A DNA stretch of 58,528 bases from Flectonema sp. DT1601 (Eukaryota), in assembly GCA_964019425.1 (NCBI GenBank), contig OZ025785.1, positions 1,674,001 through 1,732,528 of the forward strand, in the 5' to 3' direction. Under the pieces are notes generated by a model. It saw only the letters and a program-made list of their open reading frames with translations. It ran no database searches and had not been told where the DNA came from. Both the position numbers and the translations under genes were made by a program. This document shows, one piece after another, positions 23,594 through 35,123 of the stretch; within the stretch, counting starts at the first letter, position 1, and every line of letters starts with the position of its first letter.

Positions 23594-26500
23594 TCTGAAC
23601 CATCTCCACCTTGGGTTCGAATTGTTTTTGGATCGACTTTTCATCTTCTTCATCTTGTTGTTGTTTTTTTGATATTCCCTTCGTTTGTGTTGCTCTCGTC
23701 ACTCATTGGCTCTTGTTATGCCAGAACATTAAAAAAAAAAAAAAAAAAAAAAAAGAAGTATTAATCGACTTGTTTTTCAGTTCTTTTTAATTTTTATATA
23801 AACATTGCACGCAGGGATTGCTCGGAGTAACTTCACCCATTTGAAAATCTCCTGGCAACCCCTGCGTGCATTGGGGTTTTGGGGTTCTTTTTTCTTTTGT
23901 ACAAATAACCGGAAGTCATTTTCACCTAATTTAATATCTTCCGGGTACTGCTTTAATTTGTTCTGTTTTGTTAATTTTCTTGAAAAGAATACTTGCCCTC
24001 CATAATAGCGACTGTACTTCCTGTCTCGATCGTCCAATCCCACACCCAAACCCATAGCCACCAAAAAAAATAAACAAATAAATAATAGTAATTAAAAAAA
24101 AAAAAAACTTCACCGACCATTCTTCATGTTTTTTCTCAATTTCGCACATCCCAATCTCTGCCCCTCTTTTTTCAGGTGTACAGTCGCTGAATGAATATTA
24201 GTGTCTTGCCTTTTCCTTTTTTTTAATTTTAATTTTAATTTTAATTTTTTGTTTTTTTTCAACACACTCGCAAGTAAAAACCCTTCTTCCCTTTCCTCAT
24301 CGTTGAGTAACTTTTCACACTCACTCACCGTTTTAATCTCATTAGGGTGGAGGGGGGAATACTTGCACGGAGAGTTTACCTTGATATTCATTTTAGTTTT
24401 TACACGCAATGCTTCACTTTTCTTAATTGGGTGGTTGTGTATGTTTTTTTCTCGTAAGGTTGGAAAGAAAGGAAATTGTCCGATTTTCCGTCGGGTTGGT
24501 GTGTCTGTGGAAAGATTTGTTTTGTTGGAGGAGGTTGTATGTTTCCTTTTCTGGTTTTCTGGTTTTCTTTTTTTTTTTTTTTTTTGTGAGATGTGGTTTT
24601 TAGGATGTTTATTTATCTTTTTTTTTTTTTTGGGTGTCCTTGTGTTGGATTCCAAAATGCAAATTAAGTAAAATAAAATAAAATGAATTCCTTTTTCTTT
24701 CTTTCTTCTTCATTCTAATCAGTCCAGTGACCGTTGGTCCTGTCTTGATTAGTTTTGTGGTTGTCAGAAAGAAGTGACCGTGTTCCCTTTTGCCCCCGTG
24801 TTGCGGGAGGTTTGTTTCTGTTTTATATTTTTGGGAAAAAGAGATGAAACCTAAGCTGTGGCAGCGACCTTTTTCTTTTCTTCAATTTGATTCTTTCATT
24901 TTGACTTCTGTTTGTGTGATGTGTCACAACAACTGAGAGGAGCCAACCTGTCAGTGTTGTTGTGTATTCCGCAGACGGATTCGATTCCATCTCATTTTGG
25001 AGATGAGAGAGATGGGAGTCGATTATATTTATTTGGGTCTGCTGTTAGCACAGTTGTACTCTTTTTGTGATTTCATGTATCTTGTTGGTCATGTCTGCTT
25101 TGCTTGGTTTCATCTGCTTCTGCGCGGTCCGAATTCAAGACTGCTGCTTGTTGGGTTTAGAGCAGTGGGTCTAATTAATAGTTGATAATAACTTGTTGAA
25201 TGTGTGTTCCCATTATTTATTATCATCATCATCGTTCTTCCCTCAGTTCCTCTGCGAAGTCGCGGAGGGGTATGAGGAAAATGATAAATGTGATGATGAT
25301 GATGAAAATGATGGGTTTTTCTTGAAAACATGTGTATTCCCTGCTTCTGTGGGTGTTTGCTTTGTTTTCTTCCCTTTCCGTTGAATATTAATTTACACTA
25401 TTCTTTTCCTTTTTCCTTTTTCCTTTTATTTTTCTTTCTTGTGGGTTGTTGTTGTTATTGTTAACATTATAGTGCACAACACAACACAACCCACAAAAAC
25501 ACATGCTCTCTCTCCTTCCTGTCTTCTTCTTCTTCATGTCTTCTCATGTATGTTGAAGTGTTAGGTTGGAGGGAAATCACCATCTGGCTTCTCGTTCTTC
25601 GTTTCCTCCGTTTTCGGAGTGGTTGAAGGAGAGGCGATTAATCCTTTTTTTAGGCTAATGTCCTTGTTTTGAGTTCTGTTTTGTTTTGTTTTTTTAGTTT
25701 TTTTTATTTTCATCAGTTCAGTTTATATCGAATATTTGATTGTTAGTTTTTGAGAAGTAAATGTGTTTTGAGTGATCTCCGTTGAAGATAGAGATCGTTG
25801 TAAAAGTGTTTTCTTTTTTTGTTTATTTTACCGTTGATGTGCCTTTCTTGGACAGCTTCGGGTGCATACAACCGACTCCTTCATTTTTTAATCTTCTTCA
25901 GCAATACCCTTCCTTTTGTTTTTTAATTGTAGCCTTACATTATCATTACACCAACCTCCCCAGTTGAAGCATTGCAATTTTTAATTTCCAAAAGAATATC
26001 TGAATCTGTGAAAGTGTGTTGGGTCCTTTTTTGTTTTTATTTTTATTTTTATTTTAATTCCATCTCTTTTTTCCTTCAACCGTTTATCCTCGTTTTTCTC
26101 TTTTCGAGTACAGGATAAAGAAGGAAGTGAAGTGATGGCGATGAGGCAAGGAATAAAGTGTTTTTCTTAAAAAAAAATAAAAATAAGGCAAGTAACATGG
26201 GGGAAACTTTCCCTGTGTAATCTTCAAAAAAATAAAAAAAAAATAAAAAAAAGGGGTTCCACTCCCCGCTAATCAAAAAAAAAACAAACAAATACATACA
26301 TACATACGTACATAAATAAAAAAAAACAACCAAGAAAAATAAAAATAATAATAACAAACAAAAAAATATAAATAGCAGGGGAACCTCCCTGTGAAAATAA
26401 AATAAAAAAAAAATACAAAAAAAGGGTTCCACTTCCCTAATAATTGATGTGTCTCAAAACGTTTGTTGATGTTGTTCAGATTATTGTCTTCTACAGGTTC

Positions 26501-26672
26501 AGGAAATTTAATGAAAGCCACAAGATGGAGAACAGCAGGGAGGAGGGGGTTCGTTGGGGGGAATAATGTGTTTTGTTTTATTGGGACCCTGAGTACGAGT
26601 GATTGGTGTATTGTTGTAATTATCTTTTTTATTTCCACAGGCAGCCGTATCGAAAAGTTCTAAACCTAAATC

Positions 26673-27605
26673 ATGTTCTGGACAACGTTAACGCCGTGGG
26701 AGTCCGAGGAGGAGATCCAACGCGGTGTTGGGAATGAGAGTGGGAGAGGCACCAGTAAGCACGGTGCCTCTCCCAGAAGGGAGCATCAGAGACGGAGAGA
26801 GTCTCAGGAGAGGGAACGAAGGGACTTGCTTCGGGGAGTGAAGGACGCGATTCGTGTTTCGGAAGATCGGGAGCAGCCGGAGGAGCAGCCATCGTTGGTG
26901 CAGCCACTACTACTACCACAAGAACAAGAAGAACATCAACAGCTACAGCATCAACAGCAGCAGCCGTCACTACCACTACCGACGTTATATCGACCAACGC
27001 AGCAGGGGGCGACTTCGACATTACAACATCAGCAACCTCAGCAAGAACAACGTAGAGGGCAACAACTGCAGCAAGAACAACAACAACAACAACCACTACT
27101 ACTTCAGCATTCAGTACCTCAGCCGCTCACATCACAGCGTGTTTGGGGCGAACCACTGGCACAACCACAACCACAACCACAACCACAAGTACGTGCATTG
27201 TCGCTGAGCCATCCACAAGCGATGATGCCAAACAGACAACCGCGGAGTTCATTCCGAGACCGGATGACCACCGACGCACCAACGGATGGCGACTTCTTCG
27301 TGAGACAGCTTTGTGCATGTCTTCTCGCGACAGTTATTTTGTTGTTATGTGTTGTTTATTTTGCTCGTGCGAACCCCAAAGTCGTTGAAGGATTCGGGGC
27401 TTTTTTTTCCGTTTTTCTTTTCGTAGCGAAATTGTACATTTCTCTTTTCCCTCCTCCTGTACTGATCATTGCGGTGATCAGTAGTTGGTACACGTCTACC
27501 GATTGGAAGGAATTTTTGTTTCGCTTGTGTACTTTTCCCATCCAGGTAGTCGTCTACCTGGGGGGAGTAAGTGGATTGCTGGGAAGTCGCCAGGTTAAGA
27601 AATGA
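26673..27605 (+). CDS. Hypothetical 310-aa Q-rich membrane protein, copy 7
   Basis: Translation identical to copy 1. Confidence 0.7.
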   Translation: MFWTTLTPWESEEEIQRGVGNESGRGTSKHGASPRREHQRRRESQERERRDLLRGVKDAIRVSEDREQPEEQPSLVQPLLLPQEQEEHQQLQHQQQQPSLPLPTLYRPTQQGATSTLQHQQPQQEQRRGQQLQQEQQQQQPLLLQHSVPQPLTSQRVWGEPLAQPQPQPQPQVRALSLSHPQAMMPNRQPRSSFRDRMTTDAPTDGDFFVRQLCACLLATVILLLCVVYFARANPKVVEGFGAFFSVFLFVAKLYISLFPPPVLIIAVISSWYTSTDWKEFLFRLCTFPIQVVVYLGGVSGLLGSRQVKK

Positions 27606-30600
27606 TCTGAACCATCTCCACCTTGGGTTCGAATTGTTTTTGGATCGACTTTTCATCTTCTTCATCTTGTTGTTGTTTTTTTGATATTCCCTTCGTTTGT
27701 GTTGCTCTCGTCACTCATTGGCTCTTGTTATGCCAGAACATTAAAAAAAAAAAAAAAAAAAAAAAAGAAGTATTAATCGACTTGTTTTTCAGTTCTTTTT
27801 AATTTTTATATAAACATTGCACGCAGGGATTGCTCGGAGTAACTTCACCCATTTGAAAATCTCCTGGCAACCCCTGCGTGCATTGGGGTTTTGGGGTTCT
27901 TTTTTCTTTTGTACAAATAACCGGAAGTCATTTTCACCTAATTTAATATCTTCCGGGTACTGCTTTAATTTGTTCTGTTTTGTTAATTTTCTTGAAAAGA
28001 ATACTTGCCCTCCATAATAGCGACTGTACTTCCTGTCTCGATCGTCCAATCCCACACCCAAACCCATAGCCACCAAAAAAAATAAACAAATAAATAATAG
28101 TAATTAAAAAAAAAAAAAACTTCACCGACCATTCTTCATGTTTTTTCTCAATTTCGCACATCCCAATCTCTGCCCCTCTTTTTTCAGGTGTACAGTCGCT
28201 GAATGAATATTAGTGTCTTGCCTTTTCCTTTTTTTTAATTTTAATTTTAATTTTAATTTTTTGTTTTTTTTCAACACACTCGCAAGTAAAAACCCTTCTT
28301 CCCTTTCCTCATCGTTGAGTAACTTTTCACACTCACTCACCGTTTTAATCTCATTAGGGTGGAGGGGGGAATACTTGCACGGAGAGTTTACCTTGATATT
28401 CATTTTAGTTTTTACACGCAATGCTTCACTTTTCTTAATTGGGTGGTTGTGTATGTTTTTTTCTCGTAAGGTTGGAAAGAAAGGAAATTGTCCGATTTTC
28501 CGTCGGTTGGTGTGTCTGTGGAAAGATTTGTTTTGTTGGAGGAGGTTGTATGTTTCCTTTTCTGGTTTTCTGGTTTTCTGGTTTTCTTTTTTTTTTTTTT
28601 TTTTGTGAGATGTGGTTTTTAGGATGTTTATTTATCTTTTTTTTTTTTTTGGGTGTCCTTGTGTTGGATTCCAAAATGCAAATTAAGTAAAATAAAATAA
28701 AATGAATTCCTTTTTCTTTCTTTCTTCTTCATTCTAATCAGTCCAGTGACCGTTGGTCCTGTCTTGATTAGTTTTGTGGTTGTCAGAAAGAAGTGACCGT
28801 GTTCCCTTTTGCCCCCGTGTTGCGGGAGGTTTGTTTCTGTTTTATATTTTTGGGAAAAAGAGATGAAACCTAAGCTGTGGCAGCGACCTTTTTCTTTTCT
28901 TCAATTTGATTCTTTCATTTTGACTTCTGTTTGTGTGATGTGTCACAACAACTGAGAGGAGCCAACCTGTCAGTGTTGTTGTGTATTCCGCAGACGGATT
29001 CGATTCCATCTCATTTTGGAGATGAGAGAGATGGGAGTCGATTATATTTATTTGGGTCTGCTGTTAGCACAGTTGTACTCTTTTTGTGATTTCATGTATC
29101 TTGTTGGTCATGTCTGCTTTGCTTGGTTTCATCTGCTTCTGCGCGGTCCGAATTCAAGACTGCTGCTTGTTGGGTTTAGAGCAGTGGGTCTAATTAATAG
29201 TTGATAATAACTTGTTGAATGTGTGTTCCCATTATTTATTATCATCATCATCGTTCTTCCCTCAGTTCCTCTGCGAAGTCGCGGAGGGGTATGAGGAAAA
29301 TGATAAATGTGATGATGATGATGAAAATGATGGGTTTTTCTTGAAAACATGTGTATTCCCTGCTTCTGTGGGTGTTTGCTTTGTTTTCTTCCCTTTCCGT
29401 TGAATATTAATTTACACTATTCTTTTCCTTTTTCCTTTTTCCTTTTATTTTTCTTTCTTGTGGGTTGTTGTTGTTATTGTTAACATTATAGTGCACAACA
29501 CAACACAACCCACAAAAACACATGCTCTCTCTCCTTCCTGTCTTCTTCTTCTTCATGTCTTCTCATGTATGTTGAAGTGTTAGGTTGGAGGGAAATCACC
29601 ATCTGGCTTCTCGTTCTTCGTTTCCTCCGTTTTCGGAGTGGTTGAAGGAGAGGCGATTAATCCTTTTTTTAGGCTAATGTCCTTGTTTTGAGTTCTGTTT
29701 TGTTTTGTTTTTTTAGTTTTTTTTATTTTCATCAGTTCAGTTTATATCGAATATTTGATTGTTAGTTTTTGAGAAGTAAATGTGTTTTGAGTGATCTCCG
29801 TTGAAGATAGAGATCGTTGTAAAAGTGTTTTCTTTTTTTGTTTATTTTACCGTTGATGTGCCTTTCTTGGACAGCTTCGGGTGCATACAACCGACTCCTT
29901 CATTTTTTAATCTTCTTCAGCAATACCCTTCCTTTTGTTTTTTAATTGTAGCCTTACATTATCATTACACCAACCTCCCCAGTTGAAGCATTGCAATTTT
30001 TAATTTCCAAAAGAATATCTGAATCTGTGAAAGTGTGTTGGGTCCTTTTTTGTTTTTATTTTTATTTTTATTTTAATTCCATCTCTTTTTTCCTTCAACC
30101 GTTTATCCTCGTTTTTCTCTTTTCGAGTACAGGATAAAGAAGGAAGTGAAGTGATGGCGATGAGGCAAGGAATAAAGTGTTTTTCTTAAAAAAAAATAAA
30201 AATAAGGCAAGTAACATGGGGGAAACTTTCCCTGTGTAATCTTCAAAAAAATAAAAAAAAAATAAAAAAAAGGGGTTCCACTCCCCGCTAATCAAAAAAA
30301 AAACAAACAAATACATACATACATACGTACATAAATAAAAAAAAACAACCAAGAAAAATAAAAATAATAATAACAAACAAAAAAATATAAATAGCAGGGG
30401 AACCTCCCTGTGAAAATAAAATAAAAAAAAAATACAAAAAAAGGGTTCCACTTCCCTAATAATTGATGTGTCTCAAAACGTTTGTTGATGTTGTTCAGAT
30501 TATTGTCTTCTACAGGTTCAGGAAATTTAATGAAAGCCACAAGATGGAGAACAGCAGGGAGGAGGGGGTTCGTTGGGGGGAATAATGTGTTTTGTTTTAT

Positions 30601-30691
30601 TGGGACCCTGAGTACGAGTGATTGGTGTATTGTTGTAATTATCTTTTTTATTTCCACAGGCAGCCGTATCGAAAAGTTCTAAACCTAAATC

Positions 30692-31624
30692 ATGTTCTGG
30701 ACAACGTTAACGCCGTGGGAGTCCGAGGAGGAGATCCAACGCGGTGTTGGGAATGAGAGTGGGAGAGGCACCAGTAAGCACGGTGCCTCTCCCAGAAGGG
30801 AGCATCAGAGACGGAGAGAGTCTCAGGAGAGGGAACGAAGGGACTTGCTTCGGGGAGTGAAGGACGCGATTCGTGTTTCGGAAGATCGGGAGCAGCCGGA
30901 GGAGCAGCCATCGTTGGTGCAGCCACTACTACTACCACAAGAACAAGAAGAACATCAACAGCTACAGCATCAACAGCAGCAGCCGTCACTACCACTACCG
31001 ACGTTATATCGACCAACGCAGCAGGGGGCGACTTCGACATTACAACATCAGCAACCTCAGCAAGAACAACGTAGAGGGCAACAACTGCAGCAAGAACAAC
31101 AACAACAACAACCACTACTACTTCAGCATTCAGTACCTCAGCCGCTCACATCACAGCGTGTTTGGGGCGAACCACTGGCACAACCACAACCACAACCACA
31201 ACCACAAGTACGTGCATTGTCGCTGAGCCATCCACAAGCGATGATGCCAAACAGACAACCGCGGAGTTCATTCCGAGACCGGATGACCACCGACGCACCA
31301 ACGGATGGCGACTTCTTCGTGAGACAGCTTTGTGCATGTCTTCTCGCGACAGTTATTTTGTTGTTATGTGTTGTTTATTTTGCTCGTGCGAACCCCAAAG
31401 TCGTTGAAGGATTCGGGGCTTTTTTTTCCGTTTTTCTTTTCGTAGCGAAATTGTACATTTCTCTTTTCCCTCCTCCTGTACTGATCATTGCGGTGATCAG
31501 TAGTTGGTACACGTCTACCGATTGGAAGGAATTTTTGTTTCGCTTGTGTACTTTTCCCATCCAGGTAGTCGTCTACCTGGGGGGAGTAAGTGGATTGCTG
31601 GGAAGTCGCCAGGTTAAGAAATGA
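30692..31624 (+). CDS. Hypothetical 310-aa Q-rich membrane protein, copy 8
   Basis: Translation identical to copy 1. Confidence 0.7.
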   Translation: MFWTTLTPWESEEEIQRGVGNESGRGTSKHGASPRREHQRRRESQERERRDLLRGVKDAIRVSEDREQPEEQPSLVQPLLLPQEQEEHQQLQHQQQQPSLPLPTLYRPTQQGATSTLQHQQPQQEQRRGQQLQQEQQQQQPLLLQHSVPQPLTSQRVWGEPLAQPQPQPQPQVRALSLSHPQAMMPNRQPRSSFRDRMTTDAPTDGDFFVRQLCACLLATVILLLCVVYFARANPKVVEGFGAFFSVFLFVAKLYISLFPPPVLIIAVISSWYTSTDWKEFLFRLCTFPIQVVVYLGGVSGLLGSRQVKK

Positions 31625-33317
31625 TCTGAACCATCTCCACCTTGGGTTCGAATTGTTTTTGGATCGACTTTTCATCTTCTTCATCTTGTTGTTGTTTTTT
31701 TGATATTCCCTTCGTTTGTGTTGCTCTCGTCACTCATTGGCTCTTGTTATGCCAGAACATTAAAAAAAAAAAAAAAAAAAAAAAAGAAGTATTAATCGAC
31801 TTGTTTTTCAGTTCTTTTTAATTTTTATATAAACATTGCACGCAGGGATTGCTCGGAGTAACTTCACCCATTTGAAAATCTCCTGGCAACCCCTGCGTGC
31901 ATTGGGGTTTTGGGGTTCTTTTTTCTTTTGTACAAATAACCGGAAGTCATTTTCACCTAATTTAATATCTTCCGGGTACTGCTTTAATTTGTTCTGTTTT
32001 GTTAATTTTCTTGAAAAGAATACTTGCCCTCCATAATAGCGACTGTACTTCCTGTCTCGATCGTCCAATCCCACACCCAAACCCATAGCCACCAAAAAAA
32101 ATAAACAAATAAATAATAGTAATTAAAAAAAAAAAAAACTTCACCGACCATTCTTCATGTTTTTTCTCAATTTCGCACATCCCAATCTCTGCCCCTCTTT
32201 TTTCAGGTGTACAGTCGCTGAATGAATATTAGTGTCTTGCCTTTTCCTTTTTTTTAATTTTAATTTTAATTTTAATTTTTTGTTTTTTTTCAACACACTC
32301 GCAAGTAAAAACCCTTCTTCCCTTTCCTCATCGTTGAGTAACTTTTCACACTCACTCACCGTTTTAATCTCATTAGGGTGGAGGGGGGAATACTTGCACG
32401 GAGAGTTTACCTTGATATTCATTTTAGTTTTTACACGCAATGCTTCACTTTTCTTAATTGGGTGGTTGTGTATGTTTTTTTCTCGTAAGGTTGGAAAGAA
32501 AGGAAATTGTCCGATTTTCCGTCGGTTGGTGTGTCTGTGGAAAGATTTGTTTTGTTGGAGGAGGTTGTATGTTTCCTTTTCTGGTTTTCTGGTTTTCTTT
32601 TTTTTTTTTTTTTTTGTGAGATGTGGTTTTTAGGATGTTTATTTATCTTTTTTTTTTTTTTGGGTGTCCTTGTGTTGGATTCCAAAATGCAAATTAAGTA
32701 AAATAAAATAAAATGAATTCCTTTTTCTTTCTTTCTTCTTCATTCTAATCAGTCCAGTGACCGTTGGTCCTGTCTTGATTAGTTTTGTGGTTGTCAGAAA
32801 GAAGTGACCGTGTTCCCTTTTGCCCCCGTGTTGCGGGAGGTTTGTTTCTGTTTTATATTTTTGGGAAAAAGAGATGAAACCTAAGCTGTGGCAGCGACCT
32901 TTTTCTTTTCTTCAATTTGATTCTTTCATTTTGACTTCTGTTTGTGTGATGTGTCACAACAACTGAGAGGAGCCAACCTGTCAGTGTTGTTGTGTATTCC
33001 GCAGACGGATTCGATTCCATCTCATTTTGGAGATGAGAGAGATGGGAGTCGATTATATTTATTTGGGTCTGCTGTTAGCACAGTTGTACTCTTTTTGTGA
33101 TTTCATGTATCTTGTTGGTCATGTCTGCTTTGCTTGGTTTCATCTGCTTCTGCGCGGTCCGAATTCAAGACTGCTGCTTGTTGGGTTTAGAGCAGTGGGT
33201 CTAATTAATAGTTGATAATAACTTGTTGAATGTGTGTTCCCATTATTTATTATCATCATCATCGTTCTTCCCTCAGTTCATTGATTGGTTTATTGATTTC
33301 CCAACACAACCCCTAAA

Positions 33318-35027
33318 ATGAAAGTACAGCCGGTCGGGTCTCTTGATGAGGCCCGATTGTTGTCCCTCTTCAGGAAATTCCTGAGTGAGGAACTGAGTGT
33401 TGAGAAGAAGAGAACGAAGAAGAAGAAGGGAGAGGCGGAAAAAACAGAAGCCAAGTGGCAAAAAGTTAGAGGTCCGCAAAAAATAGAAAGCTCAGCGAAG
33501 AGAACAGCCATTGCTCCGGGTAAGAAGGACGGATACTATGGCGCCTTACTGAATACGGCGAAGAAGCCTGATACGAAGTCGACCCAGCAGATTAAGACCC
33601 CGCTGATTAAGACACCTCCGTTAAAAACTCTGCCACCTTCATGGCAGAACATCACTTTACGACCAGAAGACTGGGTTTTACCGGTTGTCACCGCTACGAC
33701 AGCCTTCTCGAGTATTAGCAATACCTCTGGTATTTTTATTTGTAACCCAGCAGACGCAGTCCTGGCGTCTCGCAAACAAGGTGACTTTTCAGTCATCACT
33801 CACAAACAGTTGGAAGGTAGCACTCGGCTGACTTTTCCAATAACCATTAACGGAAAAACGTCGTCGCGTACTGGTTGGATCTCGTCCTACGGCAGCACGA
33901 AAGCCCCTCTCAGAACCCAACAGAAGTCTGAGAGAAACGTTAAAAATTGCGTAGTGTTATTTCACGCGCATAAATCTTATTTTGCGGAGAAGGTGGAAGT
34001 CACTCCGGACTTTCTGATGACACGCGCACGAGCAGCATACCTCAGTGCGTTCGGCGAAGAGATCGACAGTCACCTGGTGTGGCCATCAAAACAGAGGGAA
34101 ACCTCTAATAAAATTAGAACGGTGAACATGCGAATTCCGTGTACGCGCGTTCACAAGCTGTCGTTTGAGGTCACAGTCAACGGCCCAGACGGGTATTTTG
34201 TCACATTGCCGAAATTTACCCAGGACAGTATAGATGCAAAATTAAGCATCATCATGCTACAGACAAACGATCTTCAGCAGGCAAAAAACATCGGGAAGTC
34301 CCTCAACTCTCCGGTGACTTTCTTACGTGGTACAAACAAACTAGGAATAATCTGTTCGGCATCAATGACTGACCAAACACGTTCATCGCTTGGAGAGCTC
34401 GCATGTCCTGCTCCACCGGTAGGAGAAAAATACAGAATCTCTGGTGATCATGTGGGCCGCCTTTCTCGGAGCCAACTATGGCAGATCTGTAATAGCCATG
34501 GTTGGGAAATTTCGACCTGCACACACTTCAGCAGGAAAAATTCGAAGACGAACATGAGGTCTAGTCATTGTATAGTAGTGGCACGGACGTCGCCTCCCAG
34601 CTCGGTCCTGTGGGCTGATGACTTCTTCATCACAGTGAATGCTGTGTCTTCAACACTTCCAACGCAGAAAGATTTCCCGGCCTTGGGAAAGTCGGATGGG
34701 GATGTGGCAATGGATAATAACAGCCAGTGTTACAAAACACCTATTGACACGCCGATTGGAACCCCTTTACAACTCCCTAGTCAGCCCTCTGAGCCTTCCA
34801 ATGCTGAGATCATGCAGCAACTGCAGACGCTCAACCTTACCATAGATGGATTACGAAGGGAACTGGCCGCGGAGAAAGAAGCAAATCAGAAACTTAGAGA
34901 TAAACTGGGTAAATCCAACAAAGATCGCGAACGCCGCAGCGGTAGAGATTCCACCGACCAGCGCCCTCGGGCCAACTCTCACGCTGATATGGCGGCTCAA
35001 CTGAAGCACAACCAGTCAGCCCAGTAG
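33318..35027 (+). CDS. LINE ORF1 protein (569 aa): basic N-terminus, C-terminal coiled coil
   Basis: First long ORF of the element. It has a K-rich N-terminal region and the heptad-like IMQQLQTLNLTIDGLRRELAAEKEANQKLRDKL. No clear CCHC knuckle. It ends in TAG in frame with ORF2. Confidence 0.85.
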   Translation: MKVQPVGSLDEARLLSLFRKFLSEELSVEKKRTKKKKGEAEKTEAKWQKVRGPQKIESSAKRTAIAPGKKDGYYGALLNTAKKPDTKSTQQIKTPLIKTPPLKTLPPSWQNITLRPEDWVLPVVTATTAFSSISNTSGIFICNPADAVLASRKQGDFSVITHKQLEGSTRLTFPITINGKTSSRTGWISSYGSTKAPLRTQQKSERNVKNCVVLFHAHKSYFAEKVEVTPDFLMTRARAAYLSAFGEEIDSHLVWPSKQRETSNKIRTVNMRIPCTRVHKLSFEVTVNGPDGYFVTLPKFTQDSIDAKLSIIMLQTNDLQQAKNIGKSLNSPVTFLRGTNKLGIICSASMTDQTRSSLGELACPAPPVGEKYRISGDHVGRLSRSQLWQICNSHGWEISTCTHFSRKNSKTNMRSSHCIVVARTSPPSSVLWADDFFITVNAVSSTLPTQKDFPALGKSDGDVAMDNNSQCYKTPIDTPIGTPLQLPSQPSEPSNAEIMQQLQTLNLTIDGLRRELAAEKEANQKLRDKLGKSNKDRERRSGRDSTDQRPRANSHADMAAQLKHNQSAQ

Positions 35028-35033
35028 CAATCA
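35022..35033 (+). promoter_or_regulatory. Candidate stop-codon readthrough signal CAG-TAG-CAA-TCA (UAG-CARYYA type)
   Basis: ORF1 stop TAG (35025-35027) is followed by CAATCA, which matches the tobacco mosaic virus readthrough consensus CARYYA. The frame stays open into ORF2. Confidence 0.65.
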
Positions 35034-35072
35034 ATCGCTCCCATTCCTGACAACATATTTCATGAAACAGTA

Positions 35073-35123
35073 ACAGCCCGTATTAACCTCTTACGCTCAG
35101 GGATCCACCCTAATCCTGGGCCT
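35073..35123 (+). other. 2A-like (StopGo) peptide motif TARINLLRSGIHPNPG|P
   Basis: In-frame translation of the inter-ORF region. NPGP is at 35112-35123, directly before the APE motif LRVLSWN. It departs from canonical D(V/I)ExNPGP (G for D, H for E). Confidence 0.65.

Larger units (their letters stand above)
1027..33268 (+). repeat. Higher-order tandem duplication of 16,121 bp (four units): 1027-17147 and 17148-33268
   Basis: Unit variants recur at an exact 16,121 offset: (ATAC)n 11,10,4,4 twice; GTATGT/GTGTGT a,a,g,g twice; the extra G in GTCGGGTTGG in units 3 and 7; (GGTTTTCT)n 3,2,3,2 in units 2-5 and 6-9. The junction shows ATCGTTCT twice (17140-17147, 17148-17155). Confidence 0.85.

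Noticed and set aside
35025..35027. TAG reassigned to Gln (ciliate-like genetic code) as the explanation for the in-frame stop
   Set aside because: No other in-frame TAA/TAG occurs in ~1900 element codons or in the Q-rich host gene, which uses only CAA/CAG. ORF2 itself ends in TAG before an AT-rich UTR.
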